Below are positions 1 to 8,742 of a DNA stretch of 64,000 nucleotides, one piece after another. The stretch is from NCBI GenBank assembly GCA_041490525.1, contig JBGPTH010000017.1:52-64051 (forward strand), in the 5' to 3' direction. Position numbers and translations under genes: made by a program. The DNA comes from Nitrospiria bacterium. Its GTDB lineage: Bacteria; Nitrospirota; Nitrospiria; Nitrospirales; NS-4. Position 1 is the stretch's first letter, and every line of letters begins with the position of its first letter. The notes under the pieces are model-generated. The model made no database searches. It saw only the letters and a program-made list of their open reading frames with translations, and was not told where the DNA came from.

Positions 1-1
1 A

Positions 2-1114
2 TACGTTTTGCAGAAGCTGGAATTTCTGCTCAAATCCGTGAGGCTCGGTGAAACGGCGCGGGTCCATGCAGGCACGACCGTGCAACCGTATAACCTGCCG
101 GTCAAGGTTGACGGCACCTTCGGTCCGCTGACGGAATCCCTTGATCTCAAGACGATCGATCTCATGATCGGGCTGGGCAACATCGCTTTGGCCGTCAAGG
201 GAAGCAACGTCGGCGGGGACCTCAAGCTGGCCGTGACCTCACCGACGATCAACACGGCCGACCTGCCTGTCGCGCTGCCGCTCAAGAAACCCATCGAGGC
301 CAAGGACTTGAAAGTGGCCGTGGCGGTGAAAGGGCCGCAGGCGCGGCTCCAGAATCTGTCCCTCAACCTCTTCGGAGGACAACTCGCAGCCCAGGGTGGG
401 CTCACGACCGGGTCCGCTGCGCCACCGTTCGACGGAAAGGTCGCCATCCAGGGCATTCAGCTCGGGCCGCTCATGGAGGCGGTCGGGACGGATAAGGTAT
501 CGATCAGCGGGACCGCTGCTGTGAACCTCACCGTGCGCGGAGCCGGTTTCTCCATGCCTGACCTGACCAATGCGCTGGAGGGACCCGGCCGCCTCCAAAT
601 CAAAGACGGGAAAATCGAGGGCATCAATCTCCTGAAAGAAGCGTTCGCCCTCCTGAAGGCGGTCGGGGTCAAACAGGACACCGCCAATGCCACCGTCTTT
701 TCGACCATCGAGTCGGATTTGAAAATCAAGCGTGGCATCATCACGGTCGAGCGCTTGCTGATGGACAGCCACGATTTCCAGGCCACCGCTAACGGGACGG
801 TCGGGTTCGATCAGACGCTCAACCTGAAAGCCAACCTGAACCTGTCGGAAGCCCTCAGCAAGAGCATCACCGGTGCATCCCCCGTCGCCAAATTCGCGGC
901 GAAGGGCGGCCGGATGACGGTCCCCCTGCTTATCACCGGGACCGCGCAGGCCCCCTCGTACGCCCTGGACGCGAAGGCTCTGGGCGCGAAAGCCCAAGAA
1001 CAGGTGAAGGAACAGGCGAAAGAGAGATTGGGTGAGATCTTGAAGGACAAGGGAGCGCCGCCGGGCGGTCTGGAGAAGGGCGAGGACGCGCTGAAGAAGT
1101 TATTCGGACAATGA
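2..1114 (+). CDS. AsmA-family protein, C-terminal part (5' end outside window)
   Basis: Frame is open from the window start. AsmA-like C-terminus: LEGPGRLQIKDGKIEGINL, TVFSTIESDLKIKRG, ATANGTVGFDQTLNL, VPLLITGTAQAPSY. Confidence 0.8.
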   Translation, partial: YVLQKLEFLLKSVRLGETARVHAGTTVQPYNLPVKVDGTFGPLTESLDLKTIDLMIGLGNIALAVKGSNVGGDLKLAVTSPTINTADLPVALPLKKPIEAKDLKVAVAVKGPQARLQNLSLNLFGGQLAAQGGLTTGSAAPPFDGKVAIQGIQLGPLMEAVGTDKVSISGTAAVNLTVRGAGFSMPDLTNALEGPGRLQIKDGKIEGINLLKEAFALLKAVGVKQDTANATVFSTIESDLKIKRGIITVERLLMDSHDFQATANGTVGFDQTLNLKANLNLSEALSKSITGASPVAKFAAKGGRMTVPLLITGTAQAPSYALDAKALGAKAQEQVKEQAKERLGEILKDKGAPPGGLEKGEDALKKLFGQ

Positions 1115-1125
1115 GGGGAACCGCC

Positions 1126-1950
1126 ATGTCACTGAAAGATATTCCCATCGACCTCGTGATCCACTACACAGTTCAGATTTTCGGCGCGATCGTCATCCTC
1201 GCGGTCGGCCTCCTCCTGGCGCGATGGGTGGGAAACCTCGCGCAGCGGTGGCTCCAACGGCAGGAAATGGAGCCTCCGGTCCGGACCCTTCTGGTCCGAA
1301 TCGTTCGGGTCGTCGTGCTTGCTTTCACGCTCGTGGTGGCGCTCGACAAGTTCGGGGTACAGGTCGCCCCGCTCATCGCCGGCATCGGAGTCGCCGGCCT
1401 GGGAATCGGCCTCGCGCTCCAGGGCGTGCTCGGCAACGTGATGGCCGGGCTGTCGATCATCTTTACGAAGCCCTTTCGAGTCGGTGAGTATATCGAACTG
1501 GTCGGCGTGTATGGCGAGGTGACCGCAATCGATATCTTCTCGACGACCTTGCAGCATTTGGACAGGTCTCGAGTCGTGATTCCAAACCGGAAGATCGTCC
1601 ACGAGATCCTGCACAACTATGGCACGATGCGCCAACTCAGCCTGGCCGTCGGGGTGGGATATAGTTCGAACCTGAGCCAAGCGCTTGCGATCGTGCATGA
1701 CGTCCTCGGGAAGAACCCCCGGGTATTGAAAGAGCCGGCGCCCGTCGTGGGCATCTCCCAGTTGGGGGACTCCGCCATCACGCTTTCGATCCAGCCCTGG
1801 ACCAAGGTGCCCGACTACGGCCCCGCCCAGGCGGAGCTCTACCAGGCTCTCGTCGAACGGTTCCGCGCCGGCAATATTGACATTCCGTTCCCGCAGCGGG
1901 AGGTGCGCCTGCTGAATGCGCCGTTAGCGGGCTCTACCCATAGCGGTTAA
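1126..1950 (+). CDS. mscS: Small-conductance mechanosensitive channel
   Basis: TM3 motif GIGVAGLGIGLALQGVLGNVMAGLSIIFTKPFRVGEYI, IPNRKI and C-terminal IPFPQREV. ATG at 1126 follows GAGGGG (alternative start 1111). Confidence 0.9.
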   Translation: MSLKDIPIDLVIHYTVQIFGAIVILAVGLLLARWVGNLAQRWLQRQEMEPPVRTLLVRIVRVVVLAFTLVVALDKFGVQVAPLIAGIGVAGLGIGLALQGVLGNVMAGLSIIFTKPFRVGEYIELVGVYGEVTAIDIFSTTLQHLDRSRVVIPNRKIVHEILHNYGTMRQLSLAVGVGYSSNLSQALAIVHDVLGKNPRVLKEPAPVVGISQLGDSAITLSIQPWTKVPDYGPAQAELYQALVERFRAGNIDIPFPQREVRLLNAPLAGSTHSG

Positions 1951-1974
1951 CCGATCATCTCACAGGAGAAAGCC

Positions 1975-2274
1975 ATGGTCATGATGAGACATACGACGAT
2001 GCTCGTCCTCGCGGCATTCTTATTGGGTTTCGGTTTGGGAGGCGTGTCCTTGCACTATGCCCAGGCGCAGGGCCTCTTCGGGCTTACCGCCTCGATCCAG
2101 CAGATCGGCAGCGCCATGGCGGACATGCAAAAGAATATTGACGATCTGCAAAAAAACATGGGAACGATCAAGCAGGTGAAAGAGCAGTTGACCACATTGT
2201 CCACCGAGAGTGGCGGGACCATTCCGAAGGAAGGTGAACCCTTCAAGAAGTTGATTCCCGGCCTCGGCCAATAG
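1975..2274 (+). CDS. Small secreted coiled-coil hypothetical protein
   Basis: AGGAG RBS, signal-peptide-like N-terminus ending AQA, heptad-like segment MQKNIDDLQKNMGTIKQVKEQL. Confidence 0.6.
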   Translation: MVMMRHTTMLVLAAFLLGFGLGGVSLHYAQAQGLFGLTASIQQIGSAMADMQKNIDDLQKNMGTIKQVKEQLTTLSTESGGTIPKEGEPFKKLIPGLGQ

Positions 2275-2809
2275 GGGGGAAGGGAACACCGGAATTTCGC
2301 GCCTGTCGATAGGCGAGGATTCGTTCCAGAAATTTCTTTACGGCTTGCGGGTCGTGCAAACGGCTTTCCTCCTCGACCGGAATGAGCGGGAAGTGCGCCA
2401 TGAAGGCGCGCGCGAAGAGGCCGACACCATCTGGTGTCTCCATTCCCTGTGCTGTGAAAAGCGGGACGTGCTCGATACCGCAACTCGGTGAGTCGCTCTT
2501 GAAGACGAAGCCGGAGAGGTTCAGGGTCTCCAGTTCTCGGACCCGTTGCCGTGCGAAGCGGTTCATCGCGTCGGTGTGATCGACTCCTGTGTTGATTGTT
2601 ATGAGGCGCGGCGCGTGGAGATCCCCGGCCAGCCGCATCGGTTCGCGCGGCGTGCCTAGTCCCACCTCGACTTCAGGGCACACCGGAATCCACTCCACGT
2701 GCGGGCCCAGGGCCTCGAGTAGAAACCCGTCGCGCTTGTGCCCGCCGTCATGCCGGACGTTCTCGCCCATCAGGCACCGGCTGATTCCGATGCGAGGAAG
2801 TATGGCCAT
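2243..2809 (-). CDS. DUF523 / thiouracil desulfidase (TudS)-like Fe-S protein
   Basis: Motifs ISRCLMGENVRHDGGH, VCPEVE and KSDSPSCG. Start uncertain (2809 or 2818). The 3' end overlaps the convergent gene. Confidence 0.8.
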   Translation of the reverse strand: MAILPRIGISRCLMGENVRHDGGHKRDGFLLEALGPHVEWIPVCPEVEVGLGTPREPMRLAGDLHAPRLITINTGVDHTDAMNRFARQRVRELETLNLSGFVFKSDSPSCGIEHVPLFTAQGMETPDGVGLFARAFMAHFPLIPVEEESRLHDPQAVKKFLERILAYRQARNSGVPFPPIGRGRESTS

Positions 2810-2874
2810 GTCCGCCAACTTGCCGCAGAAACGTTGGATGTGTCAAGCGCTGCTAACCACGTTGGACCGGATAT

Positions 2875-3135
2875 GAGCGGGTGGCGCCGCATGGGACCCG
2901 GGTGGAGCGGAGGGCGCCTACAGCCGAGTCTGCGGGGCTGCAACGCCGAAGTCACCCGTTGCAATCGAGCGGGTGACACCGCATGGGCGCCCAGATGCAG
3001 CGCGGGGCGTACAGCCGGGTCTGCGGGGCCTCAACGGCGAAACGCCCAGCTGCGATGGGCTTTGCGGGGGCAGGACCCGCTCAAAGAGCAACGGGTTCCC
3101 CGTCGCACGTCAGGGTGGCTCGGCGACAGGACCCG
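2875..3135 (+). repeat. GAGCGGGT-family structured repeat, nested copy A (inner 116-bp unit 2967-3082)
   Basis: Begins GAGCGGGTGGC and ends GCGACAGGACCCG. Strongly similar to 3972-4234 and related to 7001-7116, 8586-8729 and 21061-21165. Confidence 0.9.
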
Positions 3136-3142
3136 TAATGAT

Positions 3143-3913
3143 ATGCTGATCGACAGCCATTGTCATCTCGACGACGCCCGCTACGAGGCCGACCGCGAGG
3201 CGATGATCCAGCGCGCGAGGGACGCCGGGATCGGGCACTTCGTGACGATCGGGTGCGACCTCGACACGAGCCGCGCCGGGGTGGCTCTGGCGCAGCGTCA
3301 TCCCTTCATCTCCGCAACCGTGGGCGTCCATCCGCACGAAGTCAAGCTCATCCAGGACGGCTGGTACGACGACCTGCGCGCGCTGGCGAAATCCGGCCGC
3401 GTGGTGGCCTATGGCGAAATCGGGCTGGACTACCACTACGACCACTCCCCGCGGGACGTGCAGCGTGAGCGTTTCCGCGAGCAGGTGCGTTTGGCCCGCG
3501 AGCTCCGCCTACCCATCGTAATCCACACGCGGGAGGCCCAGGAGGACACGATTGCAATCCTAAAGGAGGAGAAGGGCGGGGAAGCGGGCGGGGTCTTTCA
3601 CTGTTTCTCGGGGGATGCCTGGCTGGCGAAGGACGCGCTGGACCTGGGGTTCTATCTCTCGTTCTCCGGCGTCATCACCTTTCAGAACGCGACGATGCTC
3701 CGCGACATCGTCAAGACGGTGCCGCTGAACCGCATCCTGGTCGAGACCGACGCCCCGTACCTCACCCCTGCCCCCCACCGCGGCAAGCGGAATGAGCCGG
3801 CCTACGTCCGCCATGTCGCCGACAAGATCGCGGAGCTGCATGGAATCAGCGTGCAAGAAGTCGAGGAAGCGACTACTCAGAACACCAGGCGTCTGTTCAG
3901 GATCAGCGGGTAA
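3143..3913 (+). CDS. tatD: TatD-family deoxyribonuclease
   Basis: MLIDSHCHL, GVHPH, GEIGLDY, IHTREA, VFHCFSG, ETDAPYL, RGKRNEPA. The real start is ATG 3143; the longer ORF from 2738 only reads through the repeat. Confidence 0.95.
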   Translation: MLIDSHCHLDDARYEADREAMIQRARDAGIGHFVTIGCDLDTSRAGVALAQRHPFISATVGVHPHEVKLIQDGWYDDLRALAKSGRVVAYGEIGLDYHYDHSPRDVQRERFREQVRLARELRLPIVIHTREAQEDTIAILKEEKGGEAGGVFHCFSGDAWLAKDALDLGFYLSFSGVITFQNATMLRDIVKTVPLNRILVETDAPYLTPAPHRGKRNEPAYVRHVADKIAELHGISVQEVEEATTQNTRRLFRISG

Positions 3914-3971
3914 CTGATAAAGATTAGCGGGTGGCGCCGATGTCGCCGGAGGCGACGGGGTGATATTTCTC

Positions 3972-4234
3972 GAGCGGGTGGCGGCGCGTGGGAACCGGGC
4001 GGAGCGGAGCCCGCTACAGCCGAGTCCGCGTGGCTGCAACGGCGTTTCGACCCGTTGCAATCGAGCGGGTGACACCGCATGGGCGCCCAGATGCAGCGCG
4101 GGGCGTACAGCCGGGTCTGCGGGGCCTCGACGGCGAAACGCCCAGCTGCGCCGGGCTATGCGGGGGCAGGACCCGCTCAAAGAGCAACGGGTTCCCCGTC
4201 GCACGTCCGGGTGACGCGCCGACAGGACCCGCTC
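3972..4234 (+). repeat. GAGCGGGT-family structured repeat, nested copy B (inner unit 4063-4178)
   Basis: Terminal inverted 8-mer GAGCGGGT...ACCCGCTC on both the outer and inner units. A truncated 5' end (AGCGGGTGGCGCCG) also sits at 3926. Confidence 0.9.
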
Positions 4235-4240
4235 CTGGAT

Positions 4241-4759
4241 TCAGAATTTCTTTAACTGGCTAGCTTTCTTCCGTAGCGCCTTCGAAAGTTTCTTGGGATT
4301 GCCTTTCTTCTTCGGATCGCGCCGCGCCTGAACTTCCTCTTCCTCGTCGGCCGCCTGCTTTCTCGCTATGGGCCGAGCCCCCGACGTGTGCAGGCGCGTT
4401 TCGAACTCGCCCGACGTGATGACCGTGCAGCCACGGGCGCGGGCAAAATTCACGACCTCATGATCCGAGGACACCACCGCGGAATCGGAGCCGTACTTTT
4501 CCGCCAGCCGTTTCACGACCGCGTCGGCGGTCTCCCCCTGACGCGAAAATACGACCTCGATCCCCTCGCGCCACTCGGCTCGCTGCACCGGTTGCCCGGA
4601 CCGCCAGCCGTCGAAGACCACCGTGAGCGGGAAGCCCTTGCGGTGCCGGTATCCGGCCAACTGGCGGATCAAGGCCTCCCGCCGGGACTCCACATCGCCG
4701 CCCAAGCCGCCCCGCACCCCTAAGAGGTTATATCCGTCAATGATGAGATGGATCGCCAT
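4241..4759 (-). CDS. YacP/Rae1-like NYN-domain nuclease
   Basis: LIIDGYNLL, VVFDG, VFSRQGETADAVV, VVSSDHEV and a basic C-terminus. Confidence 0.85.
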   Translation of the reverse strand: MAIHLIIDGYNLLGVRGGLGGDVESRREALIRQLAGYRHRKGFPLTVVFDGWRSGQPVQRAEWREGIEVVFSRQGETADAVVKRLAEKYGSDSAVVSSDHEVVNFARARGCTVITSGEFETRLHTSGARPIARKQAADEEEEVQARRDPKKKGNPKKLSKALRKKASQLKKF

Positions 4760-4770
4760 GTCTCTCTATA

Positions 4771-4799
4771 AGCCTATCGGGAGAACCCCACCGTGTCAA
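4771..4799 (-). promoter_or_regulatory. Putative sigma70 promoter for the NYN gene
   Basis: Minus strand TTGACA (4799-4794), 17 bp, TAGGCT (4776-4771). Only about 12 nt from the ATG, so the leader would be very short. Confidence 0.45.
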
Positions 4800-4820
4800 C
4801 GCGCGGAATCATCCAAGACC

Positions 4821-4849
4821 TTGACAATACCTAGGGTTTCCATTAAGTT
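4821..4849 (+). promoter_or_regulatory. Putative sigma70 promoter for amidase-truA
   Basis: TTGACA, 17 bp, TAAGTT; back-to-back with the divergent promoter. Confidence 0.5.
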
Positions 4850-4897
4850 GTAGAGTGTTGGTCGACTTTCGAGCGGCCGGCAGGGACCGGGACAGAT

Positions 4898-6202
4898 ATG
4901 AGTTTCAACCTCAGGCAGACGACCCGTTCGGCGGGACCAATAGGGAAGGCCCTGCTGGCGGCCGTGTTCTTCATGACGGCCCTGCCGCCGATCCCTTGGG
5001 CGAGCGCGGCTCCCGTTGGGGTCGCCACGCCGCGGTTGGCCTCCGCCCAGTCCAAGACCGACACGGCGGCCCGCCGCGTCACAGCCAAGTCCAAGAAGCC
5101 TTCCGCCAGGATCTCGACGATCGACAACCTGCGCTTTACGCGCTCATCGAAACAGACCCGCCTGGTGTTCGATCTTGCCCGGGCGATCAAATACACCCAA
5201 CACCGGATCGAGGACCCCGACCAGGTCGTCATCGACCTCAAGAACGCCGCCCTCAGCAAAGCCGCGAAGCGCACGGTCGAGAACGACGGATTTCCCGGCG
5301 AGATCGACATCAAGCAGACCCAGCCCGGGCTGGTGCGGGTGACCCTCGACATGGAGGGGGTCACCGGGTTCAAGCTGCGGGCCCTGACCAAACCCAACCG
5401 GCTCGTCATGGATTACTTCCCCAGGAGCGACTCCGCTGCACGGGCGTCGCGGCCCAAGGTCACGCTCCCGCCTGTGGCCCGCCAGATCACCGAGGCCGAG
5501 CGGAAAGCGCGCCTGGATATCGAGACGATCGTGCTGGACCCCGGTCACGGCGGCAAGGATTCGGGCGCCCTCGGCCGCAGCGGGCTGATGGAGAAGGACG
5601 TGGTCCTGGATGTGGCCTTGCGGCTGGGCAAGCTGCTGCGGGACCGGCTCGGCAAGAACGTCCTGCTGACCCGCGATAAGGACGAGTTCATCGAACTGGA
5701 CGACCGGGCCAAGTTCGCCAACCGGCACAAGGCCGACCTCTTCGTCTCCATCCACATCAACTCGCACCCCAAGCGCACCGCGCGGGGTCTGGAGATGTAC
5801 CACTTCGGGATCGCCTCGGACCGCCGGGCCATGGAAGTAGCCGCGCGTGAAAACGGCGACGCCATCGATTACTCGCGCGACTTCGTGGACATGATCAAGG
5901 CTGACCTCGCGCTCAGCAAGCGCATCGAGGAGTCGCAGAACCTGGCGTGGGAGGCCAAGCTGGCGGTCGTGAACCTCGTGGCGCCCCAGTATGGGCTGGA
6001 TGATCACGGGGTCAAGACGGCCCCCTTCTATGTCCTCCGCTACACCGCCATGCCCAGCATCCTGGCTGAGCTCTCGTTCATCAGCAACCCCGTCGAGGAA
6101 AAACGCCTCCGGATGCCCGTCTTCCGCCAGAAGATGGCCGAAGGACTGTACGAGGGCATCCGGAACTACCTGAACTCGGTCCAGGTCGCCTCCGCCCGCT
6201 GA
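4898..6202 (+). CDS. N-acetylmuramoyl-L-alanine amidase (AMIN + Amidase_3; AmiB/AmiC-like)
   Basis: Signal peptide, AMIN-like TRLVFDL/PNRLVMD, IVLDPGHGGKDSGA, LFVSIHINS, APFYVLRYTAMPSILAELSFISN. Confidence 0.92.
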   Translation: MSFNLRQTTRSAGPIGKALLAAVFFMTALPPIPWASAAPVGVATPRLASAQSKTDTAARRVTAKSKKPSARISTIDNLRFTRSSKQTRLVFDLARAIKYTQHRIEDPDQVVIDLKNAALSKAAKRTVENDGFPGEIDIKQTQPGLVRVTLDMEGVTGFKLRALTKPNRLVMDYFPRSDSAARASRPKVTLPPVARQITEAERKARLDIETIVLDPGHGGKDSGALGRSGLMEKDVVLDVALRLGKLLRDRLGKNVLLTRDKDEFIELDDRAKFANRHKADLFVSIHINSHPKRTARGLEMYHFGIASDRRAMEVAARENGDAIDYSRDFVDMIKADLALSKRIEESQNLAWEAKLAVVNLVAPQYGLDDHGVKTAPFYVLRYTAMPSILAELSFISNPVEEKRLRMPVFRQKMAEGLYEGIRNYLNSVQVASAR

Positions 6203-6218
6203 ATTCCGCCCGTTCGCC

Positions 6219-6953
6219 ATGCCGACCTTCAAGCTTGTGCTGGAATATGATGGCACCAACTATCACGGCTGGCAGATCCAGCCCCATCTTCCAACCATCC
6301 AGGGCATCCTCGAGTCCACCATCCGTCAGGTCGCTCAGCAGGAGGTCAATGTGACGGGCGCCGGGCGCACCGACGCCGGCGTCCATGCGCTCGGCCAAGT
6401 GGCCGGCTTCACCACGTCCGCCTCGCTCTCAGCGCAGGACTGGCAGCGGGCTCTGAACGGACTCCTCCCCGCGGACATCGCAGCGCTGGATGTCGAACCG
6501 GCTCCGGAGACTTTCCACGCTCGTTTCGAGGCGAAGTCCAAACTCTACCTGTACCGGGTCCTGACGCGCGTCCAACGCTCCGCTCTCAGCCGGAACAAAG
6601 TCCTGCACTTTCCGCAGCCTCTGGAGCTCGGTCCCATGCAAGAGGCAGCGCGCCTGCTAATCGGCACGCACGATTTCTCCTCCTTCCAGGGATCGCCGAC
6701 CGACACGGAGAACCCCGTCTGCACGATCACCCGCATGGAGATCGAGCGGTTTGGAGATGAGATCCGGTTCGAGGTCGAGGCGAACCGCTTTCTGAAGCAG
6801 ATGGTGCGGAATATCGTGGGGACGCTGCTGGCGGTGGGGAGGGGGAAGCTGAAGGCGGGAGACGTGGCGGGGATTCTCGCGGCGAAGGACCGCACCAAAG
6901 CCGGCCCGACCGCGCCGCCGCACGGGCTGTATTTAGTGCGGGTGGACTACTGA
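6219..6953 (+). CDS. truA: tRNA pseudouridine(38-40) synthase
   Basis: LEYDGTNYHGWQ, GAGRTDAGVHALGQVA, FHARF, FLKQMVRNIVG, TAPPHGLYL. Confidence 0.96.
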   Translation: MPTFKLVLEYDGTNYHGWQIQPHLPTIQGILESTIRQVAQQEVNVTGAGRTDAGVHALGQVAGFTTSASLSAQDWQRALNGLLPADIAALDVEPAPETFHARFEAKSKLYLYRVLTRVQRSALSRNKVLHFPQPLELGPMQEAARLLIGTHDFSSFQGSPTDTENPVCTITRMEIERFGDEIRFEVEANRFLKQMVRNIVGTLLAVGRGKLKAGDVAGILAAKDRTKAGPTAPPHGLYLVRVDY

Positions 6954-7000
6954 GGGAAGAACAACATCCGCCCTCCGAGAACCTCAGGGCGAACGATATG

Positions 7001-7116
7001 GAGCGGGTGGCGGCGAGCGGGACCCTGGCGGAGCGGAGCGCGGTACACCTGAGTCTGCGGGGCCGCGACAGGGAAACCGCGCGAGCACGTCAGGGTGGCT
7101 CGGCGACAGGACCCGC
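7001..7116 (+). repeat. GAGCGGGT-family repeat, simple 116-bp copy C
   Basis: GAGCGGGTGGCGGCGAGCGGGACCCTGGC ... GCACGTCAGGGTGGCTCGGCGACAGGACCCGC. Confidence 0.85.
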
Positions 7117-7129
7117 GTCAACGAATGAC

Positions 7130-7189
7130 GAAAAGGGGACGGGCAACTTTTCTCACCGCAAAGAGAGAAAAGTAGCCAGTCCCCTTTTC
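7130..7189. repeat. 25-bp-arm inverted repeat (GAAAAGGGGAC...GTCCCCTTTTC); possible bidirectional terminator or REP-like palindrome
   Basis: Arms 7130-7154 and 7165-7189 match at 23/25 with a 10-nt loop, between convergent truA and the TPR gene. Confidence 0.75.
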
Positions 7190-7203
7190 TGCACTACCAT
7201 GCT

Positions 7204-7992
7204 CTATGGAGGAGATTCGCGGCTTTTGCTCGTTGACGATAGCGGACGACGTTTGCCATCCAGGATATCCACAACCATCGCTCTAACCGATTCGTACGAA
7301 GGGAAGTTATTAAAATGGGCGAAGGTGGCGTGACCAACACGATCATATCTGTCCAAATGGAATGCCCTAGCATCCTTGGCGATCTCACCCAGCTCACGAG
7401 CAATGTCCGTTGTGGAATCGTAGCTCCCGAGAGAAATAAAGTACTCCTCCTTCCCGGACTCATCTAGTACGGAAAATCGAAGGTAAATTCGTTTAGGACT
7501 CTTCGGCTCGAAGAGTTCAAAAGCTAAGACCTTTCGGTTTCCTGCGTTAAACTGCTCCCGACAGTAGGAGGGCATGGATTCTGCGAGCTTAGCCGGAAGC
7601 GCCTTTCGGAATTCGATGAGGGCAGCGCGCTCCTGGTCGCGTTCCGCGGTGCGGCCGAGCGCCTGATAAGATTGGATGAGTTTAGCGCGGGCGCGCCAAT
7701 CGTCCGGCTTCGCGTTCCTGTAAAGCTTCCACGTTGCGAGCGCCAAAGGATGGTCTCCAATCTCAGCGGAAGCTATCCCGAGATTCCACAAGACGTTCGG
7801 ATTGCTGGGGTATGCTTCCTGTGCCTCCTTCAAAAGCGGAATAGCCTCAGCATAGCGCCCTGCTTCCATCAACTTTACAGCGCGATCGAATGCAGCTTCT
7901 GGAACGGCTTCGGCTCCACACATAAAAGTAATGGTGAACAAGAGCACTAGAGAAATGGAGAGACGGGTATAGATTATCTTGACCAGTGCCAT
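7204..7992 (-). CDS. Secreted TPR-repeat protein
   Basis: Signal peptide ending AEA; TPR-like AGRYAEAIPLLKEAQEAYPSNPNVLWNLGIA. Visibly lower GC than its neighbours. Confidence 0.75.
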   Translation of the reverse strand: MALVKIIYTRLSISLVLLFTITFMCGAEAVPEAAFDRAVKLMEAGRYAEAIPLLKEAQEAYPSNPNVLWNLGIASAEIGDHPLALATWKLYRNAKPDDWRARAKLIQSYQALGRTAERDQERAALIEFRKALPAKLAESMPSYCREQFNAGNRKVLAFELFEPKSPKRIYLRFSVLDESGKEEYFISLGSYDSTTDIARELGEIAKDARAFHLDRYDRVGHATFAHFNNFPSYESVRAMVVDILDGKRRPLSSTSKSRESPP

Positions 7993-8011
7993 TTGACTAT
8001 TTATTCACCAC

Positions 8012-8572
8012 TCAGGCGGGTTTCCATTTGATGTTGCAGCCAACACTGGGGCGTTGGGTGGGGTCCACCGGACGGTCGTCGAGGACGGCGTCGAGCGCCG
8101 CGCGCAGATCGCGCCCTGTCACCGGTTTGCCGCTGCCGGGCCGGCTGTCGTCCAGCTGGCCCCGATAGACCAGCCGCCGTGTTTGGTCGTAGAGGAAAAA
8201 GTCGGGCGTGCACACCGCGCCGTAAGCCTTCGCGACCGCCTGCGACTCGTCGTAACAGTATGGAAAGGTAAACTTCAACTCCTCCGCCATCGCTTTGAGC
8301 CGTGCCGGAGCGTCCTCCGGATACCCCTTGGCGTCGTTGGCGCTGATCGCTACGATCCCGACGTCCCGGGCGGCATAGTCCCGGCCCAGACGCGCGAGTT
8401 CCTGCTGCACGTGCTGCACATACGGACAGTGCCGGCAGATGAACATGACCAGCAGGGCCGCTTTCCCCGCGAAGGTCGCGAGCGAGATTGTCCGGCCGGA
8501 CACGACATCCGGCAAGGGAAAATCCGGCGCCGGCGTCCCCAGCACCACCATAGTCGATTCGGTTAGGGCCAT
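8012..8572 (-). CDS. Thioredoxin-fold (AhpC/TSA-like) protein
   Basis: GTPAPDFPLPD, FICRHCPYV, YDESQAVAKAYGAVCTPDFF, YRGQLDDSRP, GCNIKW. Start ATG 8572 after AGAGG. Confidence 0.9.
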   Translation of the reverse strand: MALTESTMVVLGTPAPDFPLPDVVSGRTISLATFAGKAALLVMFICRHCPYVQHVQQELARLGRDYAARDVGIVAISANDAKGYPEDAPARLKAMAEELKFTFPYCYDESQAVAKAYGAVCTPDFFLYDQTRRLVYRGQLDDSRPGSGKPVTGRDLRAALDAVLDDRPVDPTQRPSVGCNIKWKPA

Positions 8573-8585
8573 TGCGATTCCTCTT

Positions 8586-8729
8586 GCGGGTGGCGACGAG
8601 CGGGACCCTGGCGGAGCGGAGCGCGGTACACTTGAGTCTGCGGGGCTGCGACAGGGAAACCGCGTGAGCTGGTGACCCGTTGCATTGGAAGAGCAACAGG
8701 TGCCCCGGTGGCTCGGCGACAGGACCCGC
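8586..8729 (+). repeat. GAGCGGGT-family repeat, copy D carrying the empty ACCCGTTGC hairpin
   Basis: GCGGGTGGCG ... ACCCGTTGC-ATTGGAAGA-GCAACAGGT ... GCGACAGGACCCGC. Confidence 0.85.
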
Positions 8730-8742
8730 GGTTGGGAGGGCG

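Noticed and set aside
2875-3135. GAGCGGGT repeat as tRNA, hammerhead/HDV ribozyme or known riboswitch
   Set aside because: No cloverleaf or T-loop, no CUGANGA core, and no aptamer I could recognise by eye. An Rfam search is still needed.
2738-3142. 135-aa N-terminal extension of TatD in the ORF track
   Set aside because: It is a translation of repeat copy A; the same peptide appears from copy B (3960-4214). The TatD motif starts at 3143.
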